A model generated the notes under the pieces. The model searched no databases. It was not told the DNA's origin and was given only the letters and a program-made list of their open reading frames with translations. DNA of 64,000 bases, from NCBI GenBank assembly GCA_012295275.1, contig CM022666.1, positions 13,764,001 to 13,828,000 on the forward strand. Direction: 5' to 3'. Shown one piece after another: positions 13,424 through 27,765 of the stretch. Source of the DNA: Chrysomallon squamiferum (Eukaryota > Animalia > Mollusca). Made by a program: the position numbers and the translations under genes. The stretch's first letter is position 1. Each line of letters starts with the position of its first letter.

Positions 13424-13470
13424 CAGAAGAAAAATGAAGAAGAAACAGCGATCAGAAAAAACAGAGTCAT
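13424..13470 (-). CDS. Signal-peptide coding part of the upstream exon (whole exon 13497-13424) of the neuropeptide precursor
   Basis: Acceptor ttacAG at 13499-13498, ATG at 13470 with A at -3, donor TG|GTACGT at 13423. The exon ends in phase 2, matching the 9388 acceptor. The spliced product MTLFFLIAVSSSFFFCYA-NLNYR is a hydrophobic N-terminus ending in C-x-A. Confidence 0.8.
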
Positions 13471-14114
13471 GTTGTACGTCTTCAACGCCTGCCTCCCCTG
13501 TAATAACAATAATAACAATAACAATAACAATAACAATAATAACAATAACAACAACAACAACAACAACAACAATAATAATAGTAATAACAACAACAACAAC
13601 AATAACAATAATAATAATAAACAATTATATCAATAATAATGATACTTATAACAACAAGCATAATAATAATAATAATGACGATGATGATGATTATAATAAT
13701 AATAATAACAACAACAACAACGACAACAACAACAACAACAACACTATAAATAATAACACATATAACAAAAACAATAGCAATAAAAAGAACTTAAACTAAA
13801 AATAATAACGCTAATACTATTATGGTTGTAATGGAAGTAATAGCAGTGACAGTAGTAATAGAAATAATAGTAACAATAGTTGTAGTTACAATAGTATCAG
13901 TAGTAGTAGTAATAGTTGTAGTAGTAGTAGTAGCTAATTACCTACAGTGTTTGTAGGAATAAATGTAGTAGAATTAATAGTTGTTGTAGTTGTAATCATA
14001 ACAATAACAGTCATCGTAACAATAATAGTCGTTGTAGCAGTAGCAGTCGTTATCATCGTCGTTGTAAGGTAAGAATTAAACTATAATAATAATAATAATC
14101 ATAATAATAAAATA

Positions 14115-14169
<55 letters not shown>

Positions 14170-15039
14170 TAATAAATAATAATAATAATAATGTTGATGA
14201 TGATGATGGTAATAGCAATAGAAGCAAATTATAGAACAAAAGCCAGATGTCTAAGAAACATACAGAATGTCATGACAGGAATGTTTTTACTAAAATCTGT
14301 AGACGACTGTAACATTAATAGAATCATTATCTATCTACGTAGCTAACACTTACAGGGATATTTTGACAGTAATTGAAACATACCGCGATGTTTTGAAACT
14401 GGAACAAACTTTAACGAATTAACACGTTATTAAATTTAACTTTCCGGCTTTGAGAAGCGACGTAACGCTTGTCAGATTTTGGGTCTGCGAATCCGAACGG
14501 AAGCAGAGAACACAGGAACTGAAGAGCAGAAAACACAATGGTTAGCTATCTTCAGAAATCTTCTTTTATTGTCACAGTCTGACAGGATTCTGTAATGCGT
14601 GTTCGTGCTATTAATAAATCATGTTAAATGTTGCGGACATCTTTGATTTTTTTGTGACTAAAGAATTACTGGTTGTTGTTTTTCTTTCTTTTTATTTTTC
14701 TTGTTTTTAAATTAAACACTGGTACCACACGAATGTATATTTAATTTATCGTGTTGAGTTTTCTTTAGTTGTGTCTTTACAGCGTAAATACTTCCGCTCT
14801 GATAACTCTGACTTCTTGCTAAAATTAACATCTTAATTATTTCGATTTCTTTACATCTTACACTGTTTTGTTTGCTTTGTAGATATTCTAAATTAAGGTA
14901 GCTGTTTTTCATTCCTTGAATAAACAGTTTCCAGTTTTAATTTCTCTTATGTAGTTTCAGTAATTTGTTTACTTAATTCATCCAAGAGAAATAACCTAAC
15001 CGAGTGAAATGATTACCTGATAAATTATTACTGTTAATT

Positions 15040-15125
15040 ACTCTATTACAACAACAACATCAACTACTACTACCACTACTACTACTACTACTACTATTAC
15101 TACTACAACTACTACAACTACTACA

Positions 15126-15157
<32 letters not shown>

Positions 15158-16220
15158 CACTACTACTACTATTACTACTACTACTATTACTATTACTACT
15201 GCGGCTATTACTACTACTACTACTGCTACTACAAATACTACCATCGTTACCACTATTACTGCAACTGCTGCTTCTGCTACTACTACCACCACCACCCCGC
15301 AGCTACTACAACTACTTTTATTATTACTGGTGCTACTAGCATTTACTACTACTACTACTATTACTGCTACTGCTACTGCGACTACTAACACTGCTGCACC
15401 CACTATTACTCGTATTACAACTACAACAATAACCAGTAACTATTACCAGTATTACTATTAGTACTATTACTATTACTACTATTATGAACAACAACTACTA
15501 TAGATACTAGAAATGCTACTCCTATTAAGTCTATAATTATACCGGTGCTGCTGCCACTACTACTACTACTACTATTACTACTACTATATTACTACTACTA
15601 CTACTACTACTATTACTACTACTATTACTACTACTACTTTATTATTACTACTACTACTACTATTACTATTACTACTACTACTATTTACTTACTACTACTA
15701 CTACTATTACTACTACTACCTTACTTACTATTACTACTACTACTACTTCTATTTACTTACTACTACTATTACTATTTACTACTACTACTACTACTATTAC
15801 TACTACAAATACTACATTCTATTACTACTACTATTACTATTACTACTACTTACTACATTACCACCACTCATTACTACTACTACTTACATTACAAATTACT
15901 ACTACTACTTACTATTACTTTACCACTACTACTACTACTTACTACTACTACTATCACTACCCACTACTATTACTATTACTACTTTCAATTACCTACTAAC
16001 TATTACTAGTATTACTATTACTACACTTTACTATTACTACCATTATGAACAACAACTACTATATTACTACAACTACTACTACTTCTATTACTACTACTAC
16101 TACTTCTATTACTACGACTACTACTTCTATTACTACTACTACTACTTCTATTAGTACTACTACTACTACTTCTATTACAACAACTACTACTACTTCTATT
16201 ACTACTACTACTAATAATAA
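15040..16220. repeat. Long degenerate (TAC/TAT)n trinucleotide array
   Basis: Directly visible. It produces the poly-V, poly-L/Y/T ORFs in the track. Confidence 0.9.
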
Positions 16221-16368
16221 TAATGTTCCTTTAAATATGTTATATATTAATTAAATAATTAATTCATTAAAGAAAGAAATAAAGAGTGAAAGAAAGAATT
16301 ACTTCTAATATTATTTCTTTTACAAAAATCTGGTATCTATCAAAATTCACACTTCGCATCTTTCACAC

Positions 16369-17369
16369 TTTAAACCATTTTCGACATTAACACGATCTCA
16401 GTTCACCGTGACGTCATATAAGCTGACGACACATGAGTGACAGTTTCCGGTTCCTTTAAGTAATCTCTCTGATATATAGTTAACGTTCAAACTTTAAACA
16501 CGTCTTCGAGCCTGTTGGAGAGCTTTTAATGTGACAGTCTGTAATGTTTTCTAGATTTCCTCAACGCTGTTTTTTTGTGCAGAGGACTGGCGATGGACCG
16601 CGGTGCGGTACAACTTAGAGGAGGAATTTAAAAAAAACAAAAAAACACGTCACCTACTTTGAATGGGAACATCAATACATTTCCGAGAGTCAGATGGAAA
16701 AAAAAAAAAAAAAAAAAAAAAAAAATAATAATAATAAAATAAAATAAAAAATTAAGCAGAAAAGTACGATCTTATTTATTCTTTCGTTTTGTTCTGTTTT
16801 TCTTTCTTACTTTTTTTTTTTTTTTAAATAGTAGAAATTTAAACCATTTTCGACATTAACAAGATCTCAGTTCACCGTGACGTCATATAAGCTGACGACA
16901 CATGTTGCTGACTGTCTTTCTGGTTCCTTGACACAAGTAACTCTCTCTGATATATAGTTAACGTTCAAACTTTAAACATGCGTTCGAGCCTGTTGGACAC
17001 ACTTTTAATGTGACAGTCGTGTTAATTTTTTCTTTTTCCCTCAACGTGCGTAAAATAAGACATTTTTTTGCACAAGAAGCGAAAATTACCTTTCAGAGCT
17101 TTGATTTGACGGAAATTATTTCCGTATGGTACTTTTCATTAATTAAAAAAAAAAAACACGTGTCCTGACTTTGAATGGGAACATTATAACAGAAGTACAG
17201 TTATTTCTGAAAAACGAGAGTCAGATGGAACAAAAAAAAAAAAAAAAAAAAAAATTATAATAATAATAAAATAAAATAAAAAATTAAGCAGAAAAGTACG
17301 ATCTTATTTATTCTTTCGTTTTGTTCTGTTTTTTTTCTTTTCTTTTTTTTTTTTTTTAAATAGTAGAAA
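16369..17369. repeat. Local tandem duplication (copy A 16369-16837, copy B 16838-17369); copy B also contains sequence matching ~17646-17812
   Basis: Both copies start tttaaaccatttt and end aaatagtagaaa, and both contain gttcaccgtgacgtcatataagctgacgacacatg. The middle of B (gtgcgtaaaataagac...cattaattaa) recurs at 17646 onward. Confidence 0.85.
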
Positions 17370-17382
17370 TAAAGAGAAGCAT

Positions 17383-17462
<80 letters not shown>

Positions 17463-20400
17463 CTCTGTTGCTGTCTGTCTGTCTCTCTCTGTGACACACA
17501 CACACAGACTCCTATACACGCAAGTATGCATCTGTGTTATCACACATACGCACACACATTAAAGAACATGCGTGCGTACGTGCGTGCACACACACACACA
17601 CACACACACACGGGACGTGTTTACTTTTTTTTTTTTTCTCCTTACCGTGCGTAAAATAAGACATTAATTTTTGCGCACAAGAAGCGAAAATTACCTTTCA
17701 GAGCTTTGATTTGACTCGAAATTATTTCCGTATGGTACTTTTCATTAATTAAGCAACCATCAACACGTGTCCTGGGGCGAGGCTGGTGAACATTATAACA
17801 GAAATACAGTTATTCAAAGAAATATTATCGCTCTGAAACGTGTTGCTGCAAGCACTCGCAAGACTTCTTGCAAGAAAACTTTGAGTTAGATTACTGGCCA
17901 TTTACCTCCGATTACGCAGTCATAAATGCGTTTATTGATTCATCTAAGTCACTGCTTTGCTTTGGGTTACGGTCTCGTGAGAATATGCTTCTCTTGGTCG
18001 TGTTTAATATATTTGTGTTTCAGTACCAGCGAAAGTAAATTGTTTACAATCTTTGTATACGCAAAGGTTTGAGATGTCCATTGTTAACGTTGTTAACGAT
18101 TCCATCATTGATACAGGAAATATGTTTTGTCGGAAACCTTCCATTGTCAGTAGTGTTAATGCATGCATGCACGCACATACGCATGCACGCACATGCACGT
18201 GCACGCCCTCTATATAATTATGAAGCAGTTCTGTCTGAAAACAGTTACATAATATCCTAAACCTTTTTGAGAATTACAGAAAACAAATACATTTTATCGT
18301 AACTGTATCATTTTGTTATTAGATTCTGGAAAGTAATAAAAAAATTTTATTGAACAGTGTTTATTTTTGTATTAGATTTGGCTAATGAGTTAAATGTAAA
18401 TGAAAATGATTTATTCTCAGAATAGGAAAAGATGAAGACCAAGAGATAATATAATGAAAAGTTTTAAGGTTCAGTGTTCCAAGTTCATAAATATTAAATT
18501 ATGGCTTTCAAGTTAAACATTCTGGCTTTTCGAGATTGGGAAAATAGATGCATAATATTATTTGTGATTTTTAAGTATTTTTCAATTAAAATAATGATAT
18601 TAAGAATTTTGGGATTATTATTTTTTTTTATTCAAAAAATAATTATAACGATTTTTTGAATATATCTTTTAATTAAAATGGTATTATCGGTTTAAGAAAT
18701 TGTCTTTAAATTAAACTATATTACCGATTTTTAGATTAATTTTTTATTTATTTATTTATTTTTCTTCTTCATCTTTTTTTATAATTTTTTTTAAAAGTTA
18801 AACCATACTATTAACGATATATACAAGTATTCTTTAAATTAAATTAACTATTTTTAAAAGAATTAAGTTAAGACAATATTAACATCAACATTTCTTTTAA
18901 ACAGTATCTTCAAATTAAATCATAGTAATTAAATTTAAAGAATAATTGTAAAATCATCGTGATACGAAATGAGATTAAAGTTTTTCAATACGTTTGGTGC
19001 AAAAAAGAAATTAAGTTTTAAAAAAAAAAAAATGATGAAGTAAAAGAAAAAGAAAACGTAGTCCTAGACTGGTATCCAGAAAAAAAGATCCGCTGCTGGC
19101 TGATTACCAGTCGACAAGGAAAGGTCTAAAAACGAGCGATCGACTCGGTGAAGTGAAGTTTATTAACACGATAATGAATACTATGTTTTTGCGTTAATTC
19201 CTTCTCTAAAGGTTTTGCGTCCAGTCAATGCATGTTTGGACGATCTCTGTTGACATTCGATATTTAACAGAATCGGATAAATGGAAGTGCGGAAGGACTT
19301 CCTAGTGCGATGAACAGAATTTCCTCACACGCTTCACGTCTGCCACGGCTAAATTGAAATCCACCGGTACTACTAGGGGGGCTGATTGATTCGGCTGAAA
19401 GCGTAACGCGAAGGACATGCTAGGTTATTTTTTTTACGACAAAGACGACAGAGTAGATATGTTATCGCCAGCGCCTTTGGTTCGTATCCGGAAATCCGCC
19501 CCATCTAAAGCTAAATAGAGATCTCTCTCTTTTTTTAACCTCTCTCTTTACGTCTTGCTTTCAAAGTTTTCTTTGTTAACGTCGTACAAGACTAGCAAAT
19601 CAGTCTCCGGTTTACACGAGCGCTCTAAAAAAAAAAATGTATTTAAGCGTAGACATTAAAACGTTTAAAAAGAAACAAGAAACAAAATGGAAAAAATGGG
19701 AGAAAAATAAAAAGTACAGAATTCGAAACGTCGATTTTAATGATAAATAAATGAAGGACAAATATCGTCATCATCATTATCATCATCGTGTGGTCATCAT
19801 CGTCATTGTCATTATCATCATCGTGTGGTCATCATCGTCATTGTCATTATCATCTTTCAGAATCTATGTTAATGGAGATTCTTTAATACGACTCAACGTA
19901 TCATGCACAGATGGCGTCACAGAAGCAGACATCATTGTTTAAGAAAAAAAAAAAAATTGTAAAAATAAAAATTAAAAACTAAATTAAGAAGATCAAGACT
20001 AGTTCAAATATTACAAGTCATAAAAACGTGACCAGTCTGTTCACTTGTGAGATAAATTCTGTGTGTAATTTGTCTAAATGTCTGAGATAATCCTGTGAGA
20101 GATTTAATCTGTTATGTTACGAGGTAATTGTAATTAATAATGTTCGTATCACCGATTATACTAATACCGCTGTTGTGTAATGCGTTACTGACCAGAAAAC
20201 ATGTAGCTAGTGAATGTGGCATATCTATACAACATGAAAATGAAATTAAAATAAAATAAAATAAAATGAAGTGAAATAAAATAAAATAAAAATAAAGGAA
20301 GAAATAAAGAAAGAATCAAAGAAAAGAACAAAGAAAAGAAAGTGAATATAGTATATATTACAAAGACAAACACACTATAAAATACAAGTAAACTACTACT

Positions 20401-21554
20401 ACTACTACTACTACTTCTTCTACCTTTACAGCACCTAGCACTACTCTTACTAATGTTACTGTAGTAATTATTCTACCATTTATATTCAGATATTACTTCC
20501 ACTGCTATCGAGACTGATACTACTACCACTACAACAACAACAACTACAACTGCATTTACTTCTTTTAATATTACTTTGATATTCGAACTCAAATATTACT
20601 GCTATTACTACTTTTATTACTACTAACATCAATACTACTACTACTATTACTTATAAACTTCTACTGCTGCTACTACTACTACTACTATTATTAATACAGT
20701 TACTACTGTTACTATTACTGGTGATGACGGTAATGATGATGATGACGATAACTCCAACAATAATAAGAAAAAAAAGAAAAAAAGATTACGGCAGTAATGA
20801 AGATGTTAAAATAATTCCATTACAACAATAAGCAAAAAAACGGAAGAAAAAAATTAAAAAGCTCATGAACACAGACGATTAAAAATTAAAAGTCATCGAA
20901 ATTAACTTGAAAAACAGGATTACGTGAAAACTAATTATTTCTTGCTTGTAGGCACATATAATTTAAATCTGAGACAAAAACCGCGACATCAAGTGTTTAG
21001 TTAGTGTAACAGTCTGTTAAGTCTGAGTTCAGTCTTTCCCTTCGCTGGACACATCTACAATTAACTCTTCACGGGAGGCAGACTCGATATCGACAGCTTA
21101 AAACTTATTTTTACGGGATGTAGGTAATTGGCTGTACATTTTCGTCTGGCTGTTTGCGTAGGTTTTGTTTGTAAATGTAAGCTCCCAGCATGTCAACATG
21201 CTTGTATGTCGGTGCGGATGCATAATTTATGCGTACGTATATCCTCGCGAATTTGGTTTTTATTTATGAATCCAAGTTTATGAGTGTGTATAAGCCTGAG
21301 TGCGGATAATGTGCGCGCGTTTGCATATGTAAATGTTAGTGCGTATGTCCTCGTGATCCTAAAACAGACTGAACTAGAAGCTCTGGTCACTCAAATAATA
21401 ATCAAACACTGCAGTAGCGGCCAGACGTTATCAATATGTAGTTCTGGCTAAATAAAGCCAGTTTTGGACGATTAAATATTGGTTAAGTGTCATTTACCAG
21501 CTAAACTGATAATCAGTTAAGGAAACAATCTGAATAGAACTTTGCATCTTTTGC

Positions 21555-21622
<68 letters not shown>

Positions 21623-23494
21623 ATATTTGTGTGTGTGTTTATATATACATATATATAAGATGAACTGTTGAAAGATAAAAAAAATGTTAATAAAAGTTTA
21701 AAAAGAACTAAGTAATTTTGTTCAAACAAATCAACATCTAACTTATTTTCTCTGTCTTGCATTACACCACTATCCATTTACTTAACATTATAAATATTCG
21801 TTTTTAAATTAACTCTTTTTCAAAAGGCTTTCAGATATATATATATATATCCTTTACTGTTTATGGAACCTTTATGCTTTTTCTGTCAGATTAATTTTCA
21901 TAATAACTTACTTTTTATTACAGTTCTTAAGGAATACGTGACACTAACAAATAACTGTAGGAATATTTACGGGAATGAATAAAAATATTTATTAGTGTAT
22001 TAGAAAGAATTACAGTACTTCTGTTTACTTTTCCAGTTCTTAGTGTTAAACAGAAAAAAAGTAAAATAAATCTAAACTGAAAAAAAAACCAAAAAAAAAA
22101 AAACAGTGCCTTTGAAGTCAAATTACTCAAAAGAAAACTAAATTATTTCTTGAAAAAAAAGAGCAAAAAAGCAGAATTTTTTTTTTTTTTTTTTTTTAAA
22201 TGTTTATTTATTTACTTTTTTTTTTTTTTGATATGATGCAAGCATACAGTTATTATATTTTTTTTTGCACTATATTCTTCTATTTGACATCATTAAAACT
22301 ATTTTTTTCACCCCGCCTATTTCTACACACCCGTGTCTTTCTCTATTATTGGCGATTAATGCCACACTTACACTGAACAAGCCACAATTTTATTTTTCAT
22401 ATTTACGATATAAACCATAAAACCTTGATTCTGCATTTTTACATCAATTTCTCGCTGCCTGTTAATGCTACAATGAAATCTGAAATTTCTTACACTTTTT
22501 TTTTCGGTAGAAAACGTTTGAAGTGCTCTGGTTGTGTGTTTCCTTCATTATTACATGCTCATTCTTCAGAAGACATGGCGTAAATTTAACAACCGAAAAT
22601 TATCTTAATTGGCAGCGCAGCCTTCGCGAACTGAGAAGATGTTGTTAAAAAGCAGGAATCTGGAAGTAAAAGACGTGTAAATAATGCAGGGTTTGTCTCG
22701 AAAGCTTTCACGTCTTGTCCAGATCCTTTGATGCATGTGATATTGTTATTTCCCAGCCGGCTTCGGTGAGTAGTTTTCCACAATGGCGGCGGCCATGAAA
22801 TACCATCCGTAGGGTAATTTCCGCCTTTCTGGGAAGAGCACCGATTGTTTTCGCCGACTTCTCTGTGACTTTGATAATAATGTTCTTCCTTTTCTTACGT
22901 CGTTTACGACTATGATTAGTTAATATTTATTAATACTTTTCAGAATATAATAAAAACATTATGAATAATAATAATAGTAATAAAAAAAAATAAGAAATAA
23001 AAACTGTAATGGCAACTCATGCTTAAAGCGGCTATTGTGATAGACGTTTGCTGAGCTTTTTGTTTTAACTAAAGAACGCTGACTTTCTATTTTCTATTTT
23101 TGTTTTTCCTTTAAGCATTTTTTTAAATTCTTTTCTTTTTTCTTTCTTTCTTTCTTTACGTTCAGTCTTCTTCTGTCTTTTTAAATTTCTTTGAGCTTAT
23201 CTATTTTTTTTTTTTTTTATCTGCGCTTGTCTGTCTCTAGTAACAGACATTTACCAGCCTCCGAGTAACATTTTGATCAAACAAGTTTTATATGATAAGA
23301 AATAAGTTTGCTTTATCTGTCAGTCTGTCCGTCTGTCTTGTCCGACAACGATCAGCCACGTGCGATGACGTAACATAACGAATCACATCTGTCCGTCTGT
23401 CTTTCAGTCTTGCGTCCTGCCTCTCCACAACCAGTGTAAAACTTTGATCAAACAGAGGGACGCTGACGTAAAGTGAGGTTTTTGTTCCACTTAC

Positions 23495-23658
23495 GTCTTC
23501 GCGAATCAATTTACAAACGACTAGTTTCGAGCTTTTTCAGCAGACCGATTTTTGGGGTTGGTTTCTCTCCGCGGACAGAAAATCGGTTCATTATTGGTCA
23601 AAGCTGGCCACTTCACACTGGATTTATCTCATTATCGTCTGCTAATACGAGGTGTCCA
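23495..23658 (-). other. Candidate non-coding first exon (5' UTR) of the neuropeptide gene
   Basis: A unique-sequence island ends in the consensus donor GAC|GTAAGT (GT at 23494-23493) and starts about 30 nt below a TATA box. The 5' end is approximate and the link to the downstream exons is inferred. Confidence 0.5.
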
Positions 23659-23681
23659 TTTCGCTGTTACAGGATTTCGCC

Positions 23682-23813
23682 ATTTATACTGCAGTGGTTT
23701 TCACAAGGAAGAGAAAAAACCCCAATAAAAAAGGAAATTCTGGATCACGACACAGATTTGAAGGTTTAATGGACCTATTTTCCACTGCGGTGGAATCACT
23801 GTTGATGACGTCA
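23682..23813 (-). promoter_or_regulatory. Candidate core promoter: TATA box plus perfect CRE
   Basis: TATAAAT at 23688-23682 on the minus strand, with TGACGTCA at 23806-23813 about 120 nt further upstream. CRE plus TATA is a known arrangement in peptide-hormone promoters such as somatostatin. Confidence 0.55.
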
Positions 23814-23933
23814 GCGGTTTCACTCAATAATCAACCATACGTTTGACCTAATGAGTCTATTTTGAGATAAGGAACTGTATAGAGATTGTGTGCGTGTGCG
23901 TGTTTGTAAGTGTGTCTGTGTGTGTGTGTGTGT

Positions 23934-24005
<72 letters not shown>

Positions 24006-24736
24006 AAGCAATCGGACGTGTACGAAACAAACGTATGTCTAGTAACAATTACAGCACTTAACACCGTGATATCAACCTCAATAAGAACAACATCATCATT
24101 AGCAACGAAATCACCGATAGTGTTACAACGACGTCTAAAACAATAGCAATAACAAAAACACAGTATTAACAAAAAAGCAATAATAAGAAAATCATTATTA
24201 ACTACAACAGAGAACTTCAACAGCAAAAAACGACACTAACAACAAAAAAACTAGCAGTAACAAACAACTTCAACAACTACAATAACAACTACAATAACAG
24301 TCTAAATGAAAATAACGACGGCGGAAGCAATAACCACCGTGACACCATGTACGACAAATGTACAAAAAAAAAATCTTGATGTTCAAATCATTGACAGAGT
24401 TTCTTCTACAAATATTCGCTTCAGTCATTTAATAAAACCAGTACGACCCGGAGGCAAACATATACGAACGAGAGAAATTAATAAAAGAGTTTGGCTTCTG
24501 GTGAATATTTGGTCAATTACAGTTGTTCTTCTGAAAACAGGAAATAATGTGCACAGAAGAGAAATCTGGACAGATTGCAAATCGGGGCTATTTGAATTCA
24601 GGACGAGAAGTGAATGGGCTTAGTAAAACTGGGGCACGTAGAAAAGTTGAAATGTTCTGGAAGCTGGTTACGGATGTTTGTGAACTTTGTGTAAAGGAAA
24701 GAGCTATATGTCTCAGCTCTCTACTGATTTGTTAAA

Positions 24737-24770
<34 letters not shown>

Positions 24771-24949
24771 ATTACGTTACCCCAACATTTTATTGTTATT
24801 ATTATTATTTGTTTTTTTTTTTTTTTTTTGTTTTTTTTTAGTTGTTTTTTTTTTTCATTTGTAATTTTAGTGGTTACTAAAGACAAAATATAGTTGTTTT
24901 TTTTTTTATATTTTTTTTATATTTTATTTATTTTTTATAATGATGAGAT

Positions 24950-25050
24950 TGAAGGGGAAAAATCGATCTCATAACTGCATGGGATTTTCTTTTTATCGCT
25001 TAGCAGCAAATTAGCTTTTACACACAGCAAAACATAGACCTTTGATAAAG
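24950..25050 (-). mobile_element. Possible degenerate SINE core fragment
   Basis: catggga...ttagcagcaa...cttttac...cctttgata resembles, from memory, the conserved core of gastropod tRNA-derived (MetaSINE-like) elements. Not verified. Confidence 0.3.
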
Positions 25051-25404
25051 AAGCAACAGAGCACAGTTTCTTTACTTTCATTATTTATTTATCTTTTTAA
25101 TTACCTCTGTAAAATAACTTACAGTCATTTCGCTATTGACGCCAATACATCTCTGCTGTACTTACATTAAAGATGTTGAAACTGACTTCGTTTTTCAAAA
25201 CATTAAAGTTAATAATAAACTGTACTAGTTATTACGTAAGGCCAACGTCAAATTAAATATCGAAAATCGCAATTAGGGGATGAAAGAATATCGTCTTGTT
25301 AAGATTAAGAAAATTAAAATACAAATGGTGAATGAAAACGTTATAAAAAAGAGAGGAAAGATAAAAGGTAGAGGAATGTTAAACTTACATGTTAATCTGT
25401 TATT

Positions 25405-25455
<51 letters not shown>

Positions 25456-25640
25456 AATTAAATGAAGAAGCACAGAAGTAAATTATAGATAGAAATAAAG
25501 ATAGACATATATGTATGTTTGTGTATACATATATACACACACACACACATATAACAACGACCACATACACATAAGAATGAAAGAGAAAAGAAAACAATAA
25601 ATATAATCCTGCTTAATAATGTTCCATTACAGTGGTATTA

Positions 25641-25727
<87 letters not shown>

Positions 25728-25728
<1 letters not shown>

Positions 25729-25973
25729 AGTTTAACCTCGGGTTACGAACTTAATTTATTCCAGAACTTGGTCCGTAAACCGAAGTGATGTCAGACACAT
25801 GAACGCCATTCTCATGTTTTGCAGTTATTTCTTTCTTAACTTATACTGTGATATGTTTATACTTTCCACCAGCATTGTCGCTTTCACGTTTTGTTTTCTT
25901 GGGCGCCATACTGGACAGGGTATAATTAAAAACAATATATACACATAAAAACAGCTTCGAGGCGTTCGTAACT
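25728..25973. mobile_element. Degenerate Tc1/mariner-pogo (Tigger-like) MITE fragment
   Basis: Starts TA|CAGTTTAACCTCGGGTTACGAACTTAATT, a Tigger-like terminus. GTTCGTAACTG|TA at the far end is only a partial inverted match. Confidence 0.35.
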
Positions 25974-25998
25974 GTATTATTAGTATTCACAGTAGTAA

Positions 25999-26045
<47 letters not shown>

Positions 26046-26668
26046 AAAGTACTCTTTCATCAAACTATTTTTTAATATTTCTTACGACCACCATTTTTTT
26101 CTTAACGGTTTTTGTTTTTCTTTTCTTTTCGCTTTTTTTTTCTTCTCAATCCTCTTTTGATAGTTCTGCTATTATTTTTCTAACAACATTGGAAACATTA
26201 GCAAAAACCCAGGGGAAATTATCCAGACGATAAAACCGCGAAAATTATGTTTACTACGTCAATACTGTATAAATGTTGCTACGTGACACGTCATAATGGG
26301 AAAGCTCTAAAACGACGTCACGGCTATAAAAGGATATTGTTGACGAATTAAGCCGAAGCACTTCTCGGTTTTCGTTCGGCTGAATTCGTGAAATGGTTCG
26401 TTTGTTAATGGATGTTTTGAATTTCATCTGTGTACATTTAACACAATAATAAAGGGAATTTAGTTTCGCTTCTGTTATCAACTGTTAAATTAGAGGCAGA
26501 AATAAGCGCAGATTGAGTGTTTGGATGCTGCTGATTCAAAGCTTTTTACAATCTCTGTTGCTTTTTTCAACAGGCTGTAAAACAAGGCTAGCAATTTGCA
26601 TGTTATTTAGCGTGCGTGTTTTTTGTTGTCTAATTTTTTTTTTTTTAGCTTCGTTATTGTTGTTTTGC

Positions 26669-26734
<66 letters not shown>

Positions 26735-26951
26735 CGTGTACGAAATTTCTACTGACTTTTTTTGGTTTTTTTTTTCTTTCATTCTCTTTCTTTCTTTCTA
26801 TCTTTCTTTCTTTCGTTCTATCTTTCTTTCTTTCTTTCTTTCATTCTTTCTTTCTTTCATTCCTTCTTTCTTAATATACTTATATACATTCATTTAATAA
26901 AATTTATTTAAACTTTTAAAATTATTTCTACCACTAGATATGCGCGCATAC

Positions 26952-26988
<37 letters not shown>

Positions 26989-27734
26989 GACAGACATGTG
27001 TTTGTTTGTATAACAGTATTTGTCGAACCTTGTGTTTGTTAATTTACAGAAGCTCAAAAAAGAAAAAAAAAGAAAAAAGAAATGTGGAAGCGAGCAATCC
27101 CACCATCGTAACCGTTTTCATTCTTGCAAGAAAAATCAAATCATTTACATACGCATGGAAAGAAAAGAAAGACAGGAAAACGTCACACTATTTGAAACGT
27201 CAAAACGCTTTGAATAATTTTCTTACTTTATCATTAGAAATGGTTAGTGTTGAAAAGGAAAAAATAATCAGTTAAAATATACAAAATTCTTTCGGGCAAG
27301 TTCTTTTTCCATCATTTGAATACTCTTAAGACGATTTTCTTGAATATATATATATATATAAAGAAGTAAAATAGATATTATTTTAATTTCAATTAACGTG
27401 TTATTAGCTATGTAAATATGATAAAGAAAAGTTGGAGTTGAAAACAAAGTAATATGCTTATGAAGTGTATAAAAGAGAGACAAAATAGAAGTAATACAAA
27501 AAAGATTTCTCTTATTATAACAACTCCGTATTCGGTCATTTTAAAACTGTTTTGAACAAGATGTGTCAATAAAGAGTTTTAAAATAAAACTGATTAACAT
27601 TTATCGATCATGTCGAACAAAAAAATCGTAACAAAACACAGAATAAAGGCTGCTAAATTAGTAGTTGTTGCTATAGCAGTAGATGCAGTTGTAGTAGTAG
27701 TAGCATAAGTAGCAGTAGTAGTAGTAGTAGCAGC

Positions 27735-27765
<31 letters not shown>

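Noticed and set aside
17640-17700. Minus-strand donor-like sites (ACG|GTAAG at ~17645, AAG|GTAAT at ~17694) as an extra 5' UTR exon
   Set aside because: I found no convincing paired acceptor or promoter, and the region is entangled with the suspect duplication. It cannot be excluded without RNA data.
22586-24735. Short non-repetitive ORFs (22586-22783, 23288-23509, 23473-23769, 24306-24623)
   Set aside because: No recognisable motifs. They are chance ORFs in GC-richer islands better explained as UTR or regulatory DNA.
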